From: an uncultured Desulfobacteraceae bacterium
GTDB taxonomy: Bacteria > Desulfobacterota > Desulfobacteria > Desulfobacterales > Desulfatirhabdiaceae
Assembly: GCA_903909505.1 (NCBI GenBank)
Contig: CAIVVZ010000022.1
Coordinates: forward strand, 4,908-68,907
Reading direction: 5' to 3'
Length of the DNA stretch: 64,000 nt
Positions within the stretch are counted from its first letter, which is position 1. Every line of letters starts with the position of its first letter. Made by a program: the position numbers and the translations under genes. Below are positions 26,496-35,452 of this stretch, piece by piece. The notes under the pieces were generated by a model. That model saw nothing but the letters and a program-made list of their open reading frames with translations. It was not told the origin of the DNA and ran no database searches.

Positions 26496-27287
26496 ATGAA
26501 TTTAGAATACATAGATATGAGCACTGAAAAAGAGAAATTAATGTTGGAGTATCCGCAGGAATCGTTAGAGTTCAATTTGCTTAAGAAGGTTGAAAGCACA
26601 ATATCTCATAAAGATGATATGTACGCAGGAAATGTCGCACATTATTTTAAGGTCGGTTTGTCTGCAATTCAGTGTATCGACAGTTCCATCAGCAACATTG
26701 AAAACCCCAAGATTAATAATATACTTGATATGCCTTGTGGTTATGGGAGAGTGCTGAGGTTCTTATGCCGACGATTTCCAAATGCAAATCTCACAGGAAT
26801 GGATATAGATGAAAACGGAATCGATTTCTGTACGCATACTTTTGGGGTTAAGGTAATCCATTCTAAAAAGAAACTAGACTTATTGACTTTAGGGAGTAAG
26901 TTCGACCTAATCTGGTGCGGCTCATTATTAACACATATAGAGACGATATTTGCAGTTGATCTGCTTCATTTTTTCGATCGGCACCTTTCTGTTGGTGGGC
27001 TTCTCATTTTCTCTTCGCACGGTAACTCTGTTTGTGAAGATATTAAAGATGGCAAAAAAACTTATGGGCTGGATGAAGGGGGAGTCTCGCAATTAATCCG
27101 TTCTTATGCAGAATCAGGATATGGCTACGCCAATTATCCAGGGCAAGCGGACTATGGTATTTCCGTTACCTCAGCAGAATGGTTGCGAGGTCAATTCAAT
27201 AAAATTCAAGGTTGGAAAGAGGTCTATTGTAAAGAGAGAGGATGGGATAACCATCAAGATATTTTCTGTATTCTGAAAAACTTTTAA
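26496..27287 (+). CDS. Class I SAM-dependent methyltransferase
   Basis: ILDMPCGYGRVLRFL (motif I) and DLIWCGSLLTHI. Very AT-rich codon usage. Confidence 0.7.
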   Translation: MNLEYIDMSTEKEKLMLEYPQESLEFNLLKKVESTISHKDDMYAGNVAHYFKVGLSAIQCIDSSISNIENPKINNILDMPCGYGRVLRFLCRRFPNANLTGMDIDENGIDFCTHTFGVKVIHSKKKLDLLTLGSKFDLIWCGSLLTHIETIFAVDLLHFFDRHLSVGGLLIFSSHGNSVCEDIKDGKKTYGLDEGGVSQLIRSYAESGYGYANYPGQADYGISVTSAEWLRGQFNKIQGWKEVYCKERGWDNHQDIFCILKNF

Positions 27288-27299
27288 GTGTTTCTCATT

Positions 27300-27766
27300 T
27301 TCTAAATTGATCCGGTCTACTCGACAAATCCATGAATGTTTTTCATCGGCTGCCAGATGCTGGGGTATATCATCAGTGTTTCTGATGGTTGTCCCAACAA
27401 TACTGTTTCGGCCAAGTGATTGTTCGATTCTATACCAATACGAGGGATCTCTACCAAATGCATAGCTCAAGGCCCAAAATGGAACATTAAACTTCCGAAG
27501 GAAAAGCACCTTTTCGACTTCATCTGTCATTCCAGTCATACATGGCAATAAAATGAGGGACGGATGGTATATGCAATGCCTGCGATTTCTATTCTACGAA
27601 TCGGGACAGACTGCTTTTTGGGGTGATAGATATCCTTCATTTGATATCCTGTAGAGATTTCAGGTGGAAATAGTTCCGGAAATAGCGCAATCTTTTCATC
27701 GATACATTTTCGGAAATCAATCGGGTCAGTGATATTTGCGTGATAAATTTCTTGAGAAAACGGCAA
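27300..27766 (-). pseudogene. Frameshifted, 3'-truncated transposase-like remnant (possibly ISKra4-like; family recalled from memory, unverified)
   Basis: Two frames join near 27540: ...IAGIAYTIRPSF / MPCMTGMTDEVEKVLFLRKFNVPFWALSYAFGRDPSYWYRIEQSLGRNSIVGTTI...LAADEKH. Homology stops where the convergent methyltransferase gene ends. Confidence 0.4.
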
Positions 27767-28178
27767 ACATGTGGTTCTATTTTCTCAGGTAGCGGATTCT
27801 GTTTCTGCATTTCCCATATAGTTAGAGGCCTCCTTGGCGGGTATAGTCTCTAACCATATAAAATTATTTATAAAAAGTATAGTGAAATATTTACAATAAT
27901 ATCAATATGATGTGTTTTGGCCTATTGCCGTCCAGAATAAATTATGTGCAAAAAAATCAGCCTCCCCAAAATCCGATATATTCAGAAAAGATTAGAGCTG
28001 ATGCCTGAGAGGCTGCAATCATTAACCGGATGGCCTTGGATATTAGGATCATCTTGATCGCAATATGGAATAAATGGGAATGCACCCAGTGTCGCTTTTT
28101 GGATTGATCCATCTGAAGACAGGCCTTGTTGTGTTATCGAAATAAATCTACACGAAAATCGGTGTTAATAAGACAATT

Positions 28179-30305
28179 ATGAAAACAGAAGACGAGTTTA
28201 TACCATTTCATGCTTCAGATTTAACCGGAAGGCGCGTGCTTGTGTTGGCGCCTCATCCGGATGACGAAACGCTAGGTTGCGGAGGTACTATCGCGACTCA
28301 TGCTGCTGCAGGTGATCCCGTTAAGGTCGTTTTTTTAACAAATGGCAGTCAGGGCGATATCAAATCTCAATTTGATTGCTCGGTTTATGTTCAAATGCGA
28401 AATCAGGAAGCAACTGCCGCCTGTGTTTTGTTGGGTATTTCAGATACTGAGTTTTGGAATTATGAAGATCGGAGTTTATCCGGAGCACAAGGGATACTGG
28501 TTCAACTATTAGACCTTCTTAATACATATAAACCCGATATGGTTTATGTGCCGTCACCTTTGGAATTTCATCCGGATCATCGCGCAGCATGTTTTCTTGT
28601 TTATAGTGCTGTGCAGTCAGGGTGCCATGAATTTGATATCGCTTTTTATGAAATCAATCAACCTCTCTTTGTCACTGCATTGGTGGATATCAGCAGTGTG
28701 GTGGACAAGAAAAAAAATGCCATTCTTGCTTATCAAAGTCAATTGTCACAAAGACCCTATGATAAATTCATTCTTGGCCTTAATCGTTTTCGATGTCTGA
28801 CACTCCCGAAGTGTGTAACCCATGCCGAAGGTTTTTCCATCTGGTCTTCAACCATCATCCTGCGCATGGGCATATACGGGTTGCCACTGATAAATCCTCA
28901 GCGATTATCCCCTGATGCGCACGAATCAGGCCCACTTGTTTCCATAATTGTTCGCACGCAGGACAGACCCCATCTTCTCATTAATGCATTGCGTTCGATA
29001 GTGCAGCAAACCTATTCGAATATTGAAATTATTGTTGTTAATGACGGTGGAATGAGTGTCAGGGATATTGTTGAATTTACGGCAGGAAGCATACCCTTTA
29101 TCTACATAAACCATGAAACCGTTCAAGGTCGATCTGCTGCAGCAAACAGTGGGATAAAGGCGGCGCGAGGGGGCTTTTTAAACTTTCTTGATGACGATGA
29201 TGTTTTTTATCCGTATCATGTAGAAACTTTGGTATCTTATATACTAAAAAATAATACTCAGATTGTATATTCAGGCGTATTAAATGTATATTATGACAGT
29301 AACTCGTCAGATCCGGATCATCGGGTAAAAGAGGAAGTCGTCTTTAATAAGGAGTATAGTCCGGAGCTTCTCCTTTTTGAAAATTATATCCCCTTGATGA
29401 GTGTATTGTTTTCAAAAGGGATTCTCTCTAAGGTTGATGGATTTTCTGAGGAGCTGACGCTGTTTGAAGATTGGGATTTCTGGATTCGCGTATCAAGGCG
29501 TTATACGTTTTGCCATGTTGATAAGGTAACGGCTGAATACCGGATATATGGATCAACAGATTTCGAGGCGTCTCATCGAAAAAGATACCATTACGATGAG
29601 TCCAGAGCAAAGTTGTTTGATCGGAATCATTCGTTTATTACAGGAAGAGCATGGGTGATCTATCTGAATGAAGGACCGGTTGAGCAATTGAAGGATAGCT
29701 TGAAAGATTGCCGCCAACACATAGCGAATGTTGAGGATATGTTAAAGGATCGTCAGCAGCACATAGCGACGATTGATGAAATGCTGGAGGATAGGCAACA
29801 GCATATCGTGAATATCGAAAAAAGGTTAAAGGATAGCCAGCAGCACATAGCGAATGTTGAGGATATGTTAAAGGATCGTCAGCAGCACATAGCGACGATT
29901 GATGAAATGCTGGAGGATAGGCAACAGCATATCGTGAATGTCGAAAAAAGGTTAAAGGATAGCCAGCAACACATAGCGAATATGGAAGATGAGTTAAGGG
30001 ATCGTCAGCAGCACATAGCGAATGTGGAGGATGAGTTAAGGGATCGTCAGCAGCACATAGCGAATGTGGAAGATGAGTTAAGGGATCGTCAGCAGCACAT
30101 AGCGAATATCGAAGGAAGGTTAAAGGATAGCCAGCAGCACATAGCGAATGTGGAAGATGAGTTAAAGGATAGTATGCAACATATTGTTAATGTTGAACAT
30201 ATATTAATAGATCGCCAGCAGCATATAGCGAATTTAGAGGAGTTGTTGAGGGATCGCCAGCAGCACATAGCGAATCTTGAGGCGTTATTGAAGGATTACC
30301 AATGA
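28179..30305 (+). CDS. Tri-partite protein: PIG-L/LmbE-type deacetylase + GT2 glycosyltransferase + C-terminal repeat coiled coil
   Basis: VLVLAPHPDDETLGCGGT (LmbE). VSIIVRTQDRPHLLINALRSIVQQTYSNIEIIVVNDGG and FLDDDDVFYPYH (GT2). Fourteen 14-aa repeats occupy the last 201 residues. Confidence 0.85.
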   Translation: MKTEDEFIPFHASDLTGRRVLVLAPHPDDETLGCGGTIATHAAAGDPVKVVFLTNGSQGDIKSQFDCSVYVQMRNQEATAACVLLGISDTEFWNYEDRSLSGAQGILVQLLDLLNTYKPDMVYVPSPLEFHPDHRAACFLVYSAVQSGCHEFDIAFYEINQPLFVTALVDISSVVDKKKNAILAYQSQLSQRPYDKFILGLNRFRCLTLPKCVTHAEGFSIWSSTIILRMGIYGLPLINPQRLSPDAHESGPLVSIIVRTQDRPHLLINALRSIVQQTYSNIEIIVVNDGGMSVRDIVEFTAGSIPFIYINHETVQGRSAAANSGIKAARGGFLNFLDDDDVFYPYHVETLVSYILKNNTQIVYSGVLNVYYDSNSSDPDHRVKEEVVFNKEYSPELLLFENYIPLMSVLFSKGILSKVDGFSEELTLFEDWDFWIRVSRRYTFCHVDKVTAEYRIYGSTDFEASHRKRYHYDESRAKLFDRNHSFITGRAWVIYLNEGPVEQLKDSLKDCRQHIANVEDMLKDRQQHIATIDEMLEDRQQHIVNIEKRLKDSQQHIANVEDMLKDRQQHIATIDEMLEDRQQHIVNVEKRLKDSQQHIANMEDELRDRQQHIANVEDELRDRQQHIANVEDELRDRQQHIANIEGRLKDSQQHIANVEDELKDSMQHIVNVEHILIDRQQHIANLEELLRDRQQHIANLEALLKDYQ
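29700..30302 (+). repeat. Coding tandem repeat, 42-bp unit x 14 plus a partial unit
   Basis: The unit encodes L(K/R/E)D(R/S)QQHIANVED(E/M). 29718-29843 and 29844-29969 are a 126-bp duplication with 124/126 identity. 29971-30096 holds three nearly identical 42-mers. Confidence 0.95.
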
Positions 30306-30308
30306 TGG

Positions 30309-31676
30309 GTGCCTTTTTCTCAGATTGTCGCTGATTTATTAACATTGTCCATAAAACTGCAGATGTATGCAGTTGAATATGAAAGCTTGGATATGATTTT
30401 AAGACATGATGATAGCCCTTTGAAAATTTGTATTGTTTCCCGAGAATATCCCCCGGAAACGCTATGGGGGGGGATTGGAACATTTACATATAATCTGGCA
30501 CACGGGTTGAAGAATATAGGTCATGAAGTGGATGTCGTTGCATTTTCACCGTATCAGAATTCTCTTTCCGAAGATAATGGTATCCGAATCCATCGAATTG
30601 TGTCTCCTGAAATGCCGTTTCTGAAAAAAACGCTATGGGAATATGCAACCGTAGCGCTTTCACCGTTTGCATATTGGTACAGCAAGAAAATATCCGCTAA
30701 AATTGAAGAACTGTCTAAAGAAAAAAAATTCGATATTATAGATTTCCCCGAGCATATTGGAGAAGGATTCTGTACGATTCGAAAAAATCTTTACCCGACT
30801 GCCGTCAGGCTATTTACTCCGCTTTCACTGATCGGTAGACTTGGCATGAACAAGGTAAGCAATAGCATGGACTATTATTTTATTGGTCTTTTGGAAAAAT
30901 CTTCAATTCGAAGAGCAACAGCTGTTAACTCTCCTAGCGATAACCTTGCTGGAATGGTTAAACAAAATTTCAAAATAAACCGAAAAATTGAAATTATTTA
31001 TAATCCCATTGATACAGAGAAATTTTCACCAATGGGTGATATGCATTTATCGCAGGCAAAACACCTTCGAGTCGTTTTTGCAGGTCGGCTCGAAGATCGA
31101 AAAGGGGCGCATATCCTTGCTCAGGCGATACCAAAAGTCCTTCGAGCTGTCCGTAACACTCAATTTGACATTCTGGGGAGTGATTGTGCAGGGGTTTTTG
31201 GATATCCATCCATGAAAGCGTATATGATAGATGTGTTGAGAGATCACGGAGCGGTGGACAATGTCAACTTTATTGATCCAATATCTTATGAAGCATTGCC
31301 GGGTTATTATGGGAAAGGGGATGTCTCAGTTGTTCCATCATTGTATGATAATTCTCCTTATACCTGCCTTGAAGCTATGTCCTGTGGCTTGCCCGTAATT
31401 GGGACATCTGCTGGGGGAATGCCTGAATACATAGACAATGGCATAAATGGCATTGTCATTCCTCCAAACGATTCCGATGCTCTGGCCGGTGCACTGATCG
31501 ATCTGCTGAGTCATCATGAAAAAAGACAGGATTTTGCAAAAAAAGCGCGGAAAAAATCTCTAAATATATTTAAAAAAGAAATTGTTTCAGAAAAAATGGT
31601 TACATTTTATCGCAAAACAATATTACATCATAAACGTAGAACTCAGCCCCAATATTTTGGTGATATCGCAAAGTAA
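30309..31676 (+). CDS. GT4 family glycosyltransferase
   Basis: ICIVSREYPPETLWGGIGTFTYNLAHGL N-terminal domain, and the C-terminal EAMSCGLPVIGTSAGGMPEYI motif. The start is uncertain (GTG 30309, ATG 30363 or 30393). Confidence 0.85.
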   Translation: MPFSQIVADLLTLSIKLQMYAVEYESLDMILRHDDSPLKICIVSREYPPETLWGGIGTFTYNLAHGLKNIGHEVDVVAFSPYQNSLSEDNGIRIHRIVSPEMPFLKKTLWEYATVALSPFAYWYSKKISAKIEELSKEKKFDIIDFPEHIGEGFCTIRKNLYPTAVRLFTPLSLIGRLGMNKVSNSMDYYFIGLLEKSSIRRATAVNSPSDNLAGMVKQNFKINRKIEIIYNPIDTEKFSPMGDMHLSQAKHLRVVFAGRLEDRKGAHILAQAIPKVLRAVRNTQFDILGSDCAGVFGYPSMKAYMIDVLRDHGAVDNVNFIDPISYEALPGYYGKGDVSVVPSLYDNSPYTCLEAMSCGLPVIGTSAGGMPEYIDNGINGIVIPPNDSDALAGALIDLLSHHEKRQDFAKKARKKSLNIFKKEIVSEKMVTFYRKTILHHKRRTQPQYFGDIAK

Positions 31677-31689
31677 CCAATAATGTTCC

Positions 31690-32967
31690 ATGAATATTCC
31701 GGGATATGGATTAATGGCAATATTTTTCAGATCAATTCTTAATCGCTTTAAACCAATTCGGTTTTTCAGGTCGCCAACGCCAAGTGTTTTGCCAAATATT
31801 TTGCATATCACGCATTCCTGGGGAGGGGGGATAGAAAGATATCTGTCGGACCTGAAAGAAGTTCTTGAAGACCACTACAATTTCTTTTTATTGAGATCTA
31901 ATGGTCGAGATATGATATTGGAATATACTAAGCAGGGGAAACAGCAAAAAGTTGTTTTCAAATTAGCCTTTCCTGTTACGATTTTGGATTTTTATAATTT
32001 GGACTATCAACGGATAATAAGCAACATTCTCTTGGAATATAACATTCGGATTGTTCACATTGAAAGTATGGTAGGACATACTTTTGATGTGTTTCGGAAT
32101 TCCAGGGAAAAGAGTATACCCGTTATTCTTACTGTTCATGATTTTTATTATATTTGTCCAACATTCCATCTGGTAGATAAAATGGGTGTTTTTTGTAATG
32201 GGTGCAAACTTGGAGATGAAAGGGAAGGTTGCCTGTTGGATCACCCCTATGTAAGTTGCCCTGATTTTGATGATGACATGCTTTTCAACTGGAGAAATAC
32301 TTTTCTGAAAGAAATCTCCTGTGTTGATTTATTTATTTTCCCTTCTGTATCCGCTAAAAATATTTTTTCAACTTATTATTTGATAAACGATGCTAAAATT
32401 CGGATTATTTCACATGGGTCCAATGCGTGCAATGAAACGTTACCCCCGTTAAGTAAGGCTCATGAATCGTTGCGGGTGGGTATATTGGGTTCAATATACA
32501 TGCACAAAGGAGAAGCTCTGCTTGGAAAACTTCTCGATAACATGTTGAAAGACGACATACATTTTTATTCATTTGGTCATTCTAATTTGAAATCCAGGAA
32601 CCTGACCCATTTTGGATCTTATACCCAGGAGGAATTGCCCGGATTGTTAAGGGATCATCCAGTAGATGTCATGTTGTTGCTTTCAACGTGGCCGGAGACA
32701 TTTAGTTATACGCTGAGTGAGTCCATTGCTGCAGGAGTTCCACCAATCGTTACCAACCTGGGTGCTCAGAAAGAACGCATTGAGGACAGCCAGATCGGTT
32801 GGATTGTTGACTATAAGAGTCCTGAAAAAATCGTTGCATTATTAAGATTTCTTCGACAGCATAAAGAGGAGATTGATCATCGTCGTCGTCGGATAAAAGA
32901 ATATCATCTAAAATCAATGGAAGAGATGAAAGAAGATTATGAGAAAGTATATTGTTCTTTTATATGA
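31690..32967 (+). CDS. Glycosyltransferase, GT4-like C-terminal domain
   Basis: LLLSTWPETFSYTLSESIAAGVPPIVTNLGAQKERIED resembles the GT4 E-x7-E region. The N-terminal half is divergent. Confidence 0.65.
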   Translation: MNIPGYGLMAIFFRSILNRFKPIRFFRSPTPSVLPNILHITHSWGGGIERYLSDLKEVLEDHYNFFLLRSNGRDMILEYTKQGKQQKVVFKLAFPVTILDFYNLDYQRIISNILLEYNIRIVHIESMVGHTFDVFRNSREKSIPVILTVHDFYYICPTFHLVDKMGVFCNGCKLGDEREGCLLDHPYVSCPDFDDDMLFNWRNTFLKEISCVDLFIFPSVSAKNIFSTYYLINDAKIRIISHGSNACNETLPPLSKAHESLRVGILGSIYMHKGEALLGKLLDNMLKDDIHFYSFGHSNLKSRNLTHFGSYTQEELPGLLRDHPVDVMLLLSTWPETFSYTLSESIAAGVPPIVTNLGAQKERIEDSQIGWIVDYKSPEKIVALLRFLRQHKEEIDHRRRRIKEYHLKSMEEMKEDYEKVYCSFI

Positions 32968-33073
32968 TTGATTGGCTAAATTTTTAAGTAATGTTGTGAA
33001 AAGTTCTCTATACAATTTTTCGAAAATCTGTGGTCCGTAAAAAATGTCCTAATGGATATTGGGAATGATTGAA

Positions 33074-33961
33074 TTATCTCAGGAATTCAATCATTCGAGT
33101 GGTCATTGGATTTTTATCATCTGGAAAATATTCATCCAATAACAGAAGTGTGACGATCGTTTCCATGTTGACATAATGATTTTTCCTGAGAAAATATATA
33201 AGATCAATCAAATTTTCTGTTGGCTGCAGATATTTGAGATGATGGGCGATCAGCCAGTTCACCTCAAGGCGCACTTTTGCCTCACTACCTGTTTCAAGAA
33301 CTGTATTGGATTCGTGAATTCGGTAGCGGAGAAGGCATTTTTTTAATAATCCAACTTTGAATTGCCTTGAGATACGCAGGAGCATGTCCCAGTCATGGGC
33401 ATATCTCAGTTTTTTAAATTGCCCAATGACATCAAAGGTGGTTTTTTTTATAAAAAAATTGGAGGTGGTGATAGCAATGTTTTGGGCAAAAGCGCATTTC
33501 AGAAAGTCGTTGTTTTCATAAAGTTTCAATGCATCCGTGTACCAGTCCTGCCAGGCAATCGTGTGGGGTGTAGACATATCTGAGACTGACTTGCCATCGC
33601 GGTTTATTCCTTCAACCAAAGTTAGAACGGCTGTTACATCCGGATATTGTTTTATGAAATCAAAGCATTGAATCAGACGGTCTGGAGAATATTCGTCATC
33701 GGAATTCAGGATGCTGATGTATTCCCCTTTTGCTATCGCAATTCCCTTATTAATTGTATAATGAGCTCCTTGGTTTTCCTGGGTGATGTAACGAATTCTG
33801 GGGTCTTTAAAATGTAATATTTCTTTTTCCGTGCGATCTGTAGAGCCGTCGTTAATGATGATAAGTTCAAAATTTCCATAAGATTGTTTCAGGACACTTT
33901 CTATTGAAAGGGCGATATATTTTTCGTGGTTGAATGCGGGTATAATTACGCTGATATCCAT
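33074..33961 (-). CDS. GT2 family glycosyltransferase
   Basis: ISVIIPAFNHEKYIALSIESVLKQSYGNFELIIINDGSTDRTE and ILNSDDEY. The start is at MDISV behind a GGAG RBS. It is the only intact minus-strand gene in the island. Confidence 0.85.
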   Translation of the reverse strand: MDISVIIPAFNHEKYIALSIESVLKQSYGNFELIIINDGSTDRTEKEILHFKDPRIRYITQENQGAHYTINKGIAIAKGEYISILNSDDEYSPDRLIQCFDFIKQYPDVTAVLTLVEGINRDGKSVSDMSTPHTIAWQDWYTDALKLYENNDFLKCAFAQNIAITTSNFFIKKTTFDVIGQFKKLRYAHDWDMLLRISRQFKVGLLKKCLLRYRIHESNTVLETGSEAKVRLEVNWLIAHHLKYLQPTENLIDLIYFLRKNHYVNMETIVTLLLLDEYFPDDKNPMTTRMIEFLR

Positions 33962-34088
33962 AATGATTATCTCCATAAAGAAATGTTATCGGATGCATGT
34001 CAGGCTCTGAATTCTTCCAGTTGATTTATATTTATCATATTTCATCTTTTTATTTCAAGACAATGCAAACTTGTTTGGATTGATTACA

Positions 34089-35024
34089 ATGAACATACTC
34101 GTTTTGGGTGGAGATGGTTTTATAGGTTCACATGTGGTGGATCAACTGGTATCAATGGGTCATGAGATTACAGTGTTTGACCGTTTTCCCTACCGGACAT
34201 CCAGAAATCTTGAACATCATCGGGGCGGCATTCGTTTTATTTCAGGAGAATTTCAAAATCGGAATGACCTTGTTAAGGCATTGAGCGAAAAAGACATTGT
34301 ATATCATTTTGTGAGCGCAACCAGTCCAGCGGAAAGCTGGAATGATCCGCTGATAGAAGTTGAAGAGAGCATCAGGTCATCAATTATGTTCTTCGAGCTG
34401 GCAGTTCGCCAGGGAGTTAAAAAAATCGTTTTTCCTTCTTCGGGCGGTACAGTATATGGGCCCCAGAATCTGCCGGTTGATGAAAATACACTTCCCCGGC
34501 CATTATCGCCTTATGGTATTGCCAAGCTGACAACAGAGCATTTTCTCAATTATTTCCGGGTGCATTATGGAATAGCCTCCGATATTTATCGTATTGGCAA
34601 TCCTTATGGTTCTCGGCAACCGGTGATGCGCCCTCAGGGCGTAATCGCTGTATGGATGCATGAAATATTAAATGGATCGGAAATTCAGATATATGGAGAT
34701 AACACAACGCTTAGAGACTATATATATATTAAAGATGTGGCGTATTTGATGTCCCATTCACTGATAAACCTTATGTCTTCGGACGTCTATAACCTGGGAT
34801 CTGGCGTTGGAACATCCATTATGCAGTTATTGAATATTTTTCAGCAGGTTGTTGATATTCCGTTTCAGTACCGTATTCATGAAAAAAGACCTTCGGACAA
34901 TTCATCAATCGTTCTTGACAGTTTAAAGCTCATGAAGCTATTCCCCGGTTTCCGCTGTCAGAAACTAGAAGAAAGAATTGAAGAAACCTGGACCTATTTC
35001 AAAACGACTTTTCATAAAACCTGA
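34089..35024 (+). CDS. NAD-dependent sugar epimerase/dehydratase (SDR, UDP-hexose 4-epimerase-like)
   Basis: ILVLGGDGFIGSH and YGIAKLTTE (YxxxK). Confidence 0.85.
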   Translation: MNILVLGGDGFIGSHVVDQLVSMGHEITVFDRFPYRTSRNLEHHRGGIRFISGEFQNRNDLVKALSEKDIVYHFVSATSPAESWNDPLIEVEESIRSSIMFFELAVRQGVKKIVFPSSGGTVYGPQNLPVDENTLPRPLSPYGIAKLTTEHFLNYFRVHYGIASDIYRIGNPYGSRQPVMRPQGVIAVWMHEILNGSEIQIYGDNTTLRDYIYIKDVAYLMSHSLINLMSSDVYNLGSGVGTSIMQLLNIFQQVVDIPFQYRIHEKRPSDNSSIVLDSLKLMKLFPGFRCQKLEERIEETWTYFKTTFHKT

Positions 35025-35036
35025 TATTTCTTAAAA

Positions 35037-35186
35037 GGGGTAGTCGGTTAGCTCCTCCCAAAATGCGTCAACAACTTGCAATCAAAAGGTTTTTTGTGGA
35101 TGCTGGCTGGTTATGCTGTTAATGTTCAGTTTTTCGTGTGATTTCGGCTTATTTACTAAGATCCGGTGGAGCTAACCGACTACCCC
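35037..35186. repeat. 19-bp perfect inverted repeat separated by 112 nt
   Basis: ggggtagtcggttagctcc (35037-35055) and ggagctaaccgactacccc (35168-35186). The flanks extend the match with 2 mismatches. Confidence 0.9.
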
Positions 35187-35452
35187 ATTTTCTTAATAGG
35201 GTGCTGATTAATGTGGCATTTTTTGGACTTTCGAAAAATAGGGGAAAACCCTATATGCCACACCAAAAAGCTGTTGATCTTGGCAGGCTATTTGCTGAGA
35301 CCTGGCCTGTCATCCAGATGATCAATCACAATTGGTGGGTGGCTTAAACTGAAGTAAACCTTGCTTGAACTTCACCAACTCCAGGAGCTGTATACAGGAC
35401 TTCAATGACCATGATAACTGCTCAGCATGGCGTATGATATGCAATAAATAGG

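Noticed and set aside
29700-30302. Regular 42-bp repeat array considered as a CRISPR array
   Set aside because: The units are contiguous with no spacers. They are in frame inside a long ORF, encode a heptad-patterned peptide, and no cas genes are present. This is a coding tandem repeat.
30303-30305. In-frame TGA between the coiled-coil ORF and the GT4 gene read as selenocysteine
   Set aside because: I saw no SECIS-like hairpin immediately downstream, and there is no redox motif context (Q-TGA-W in a linker). A nonsense split, read-through or coincidence is more plausible.
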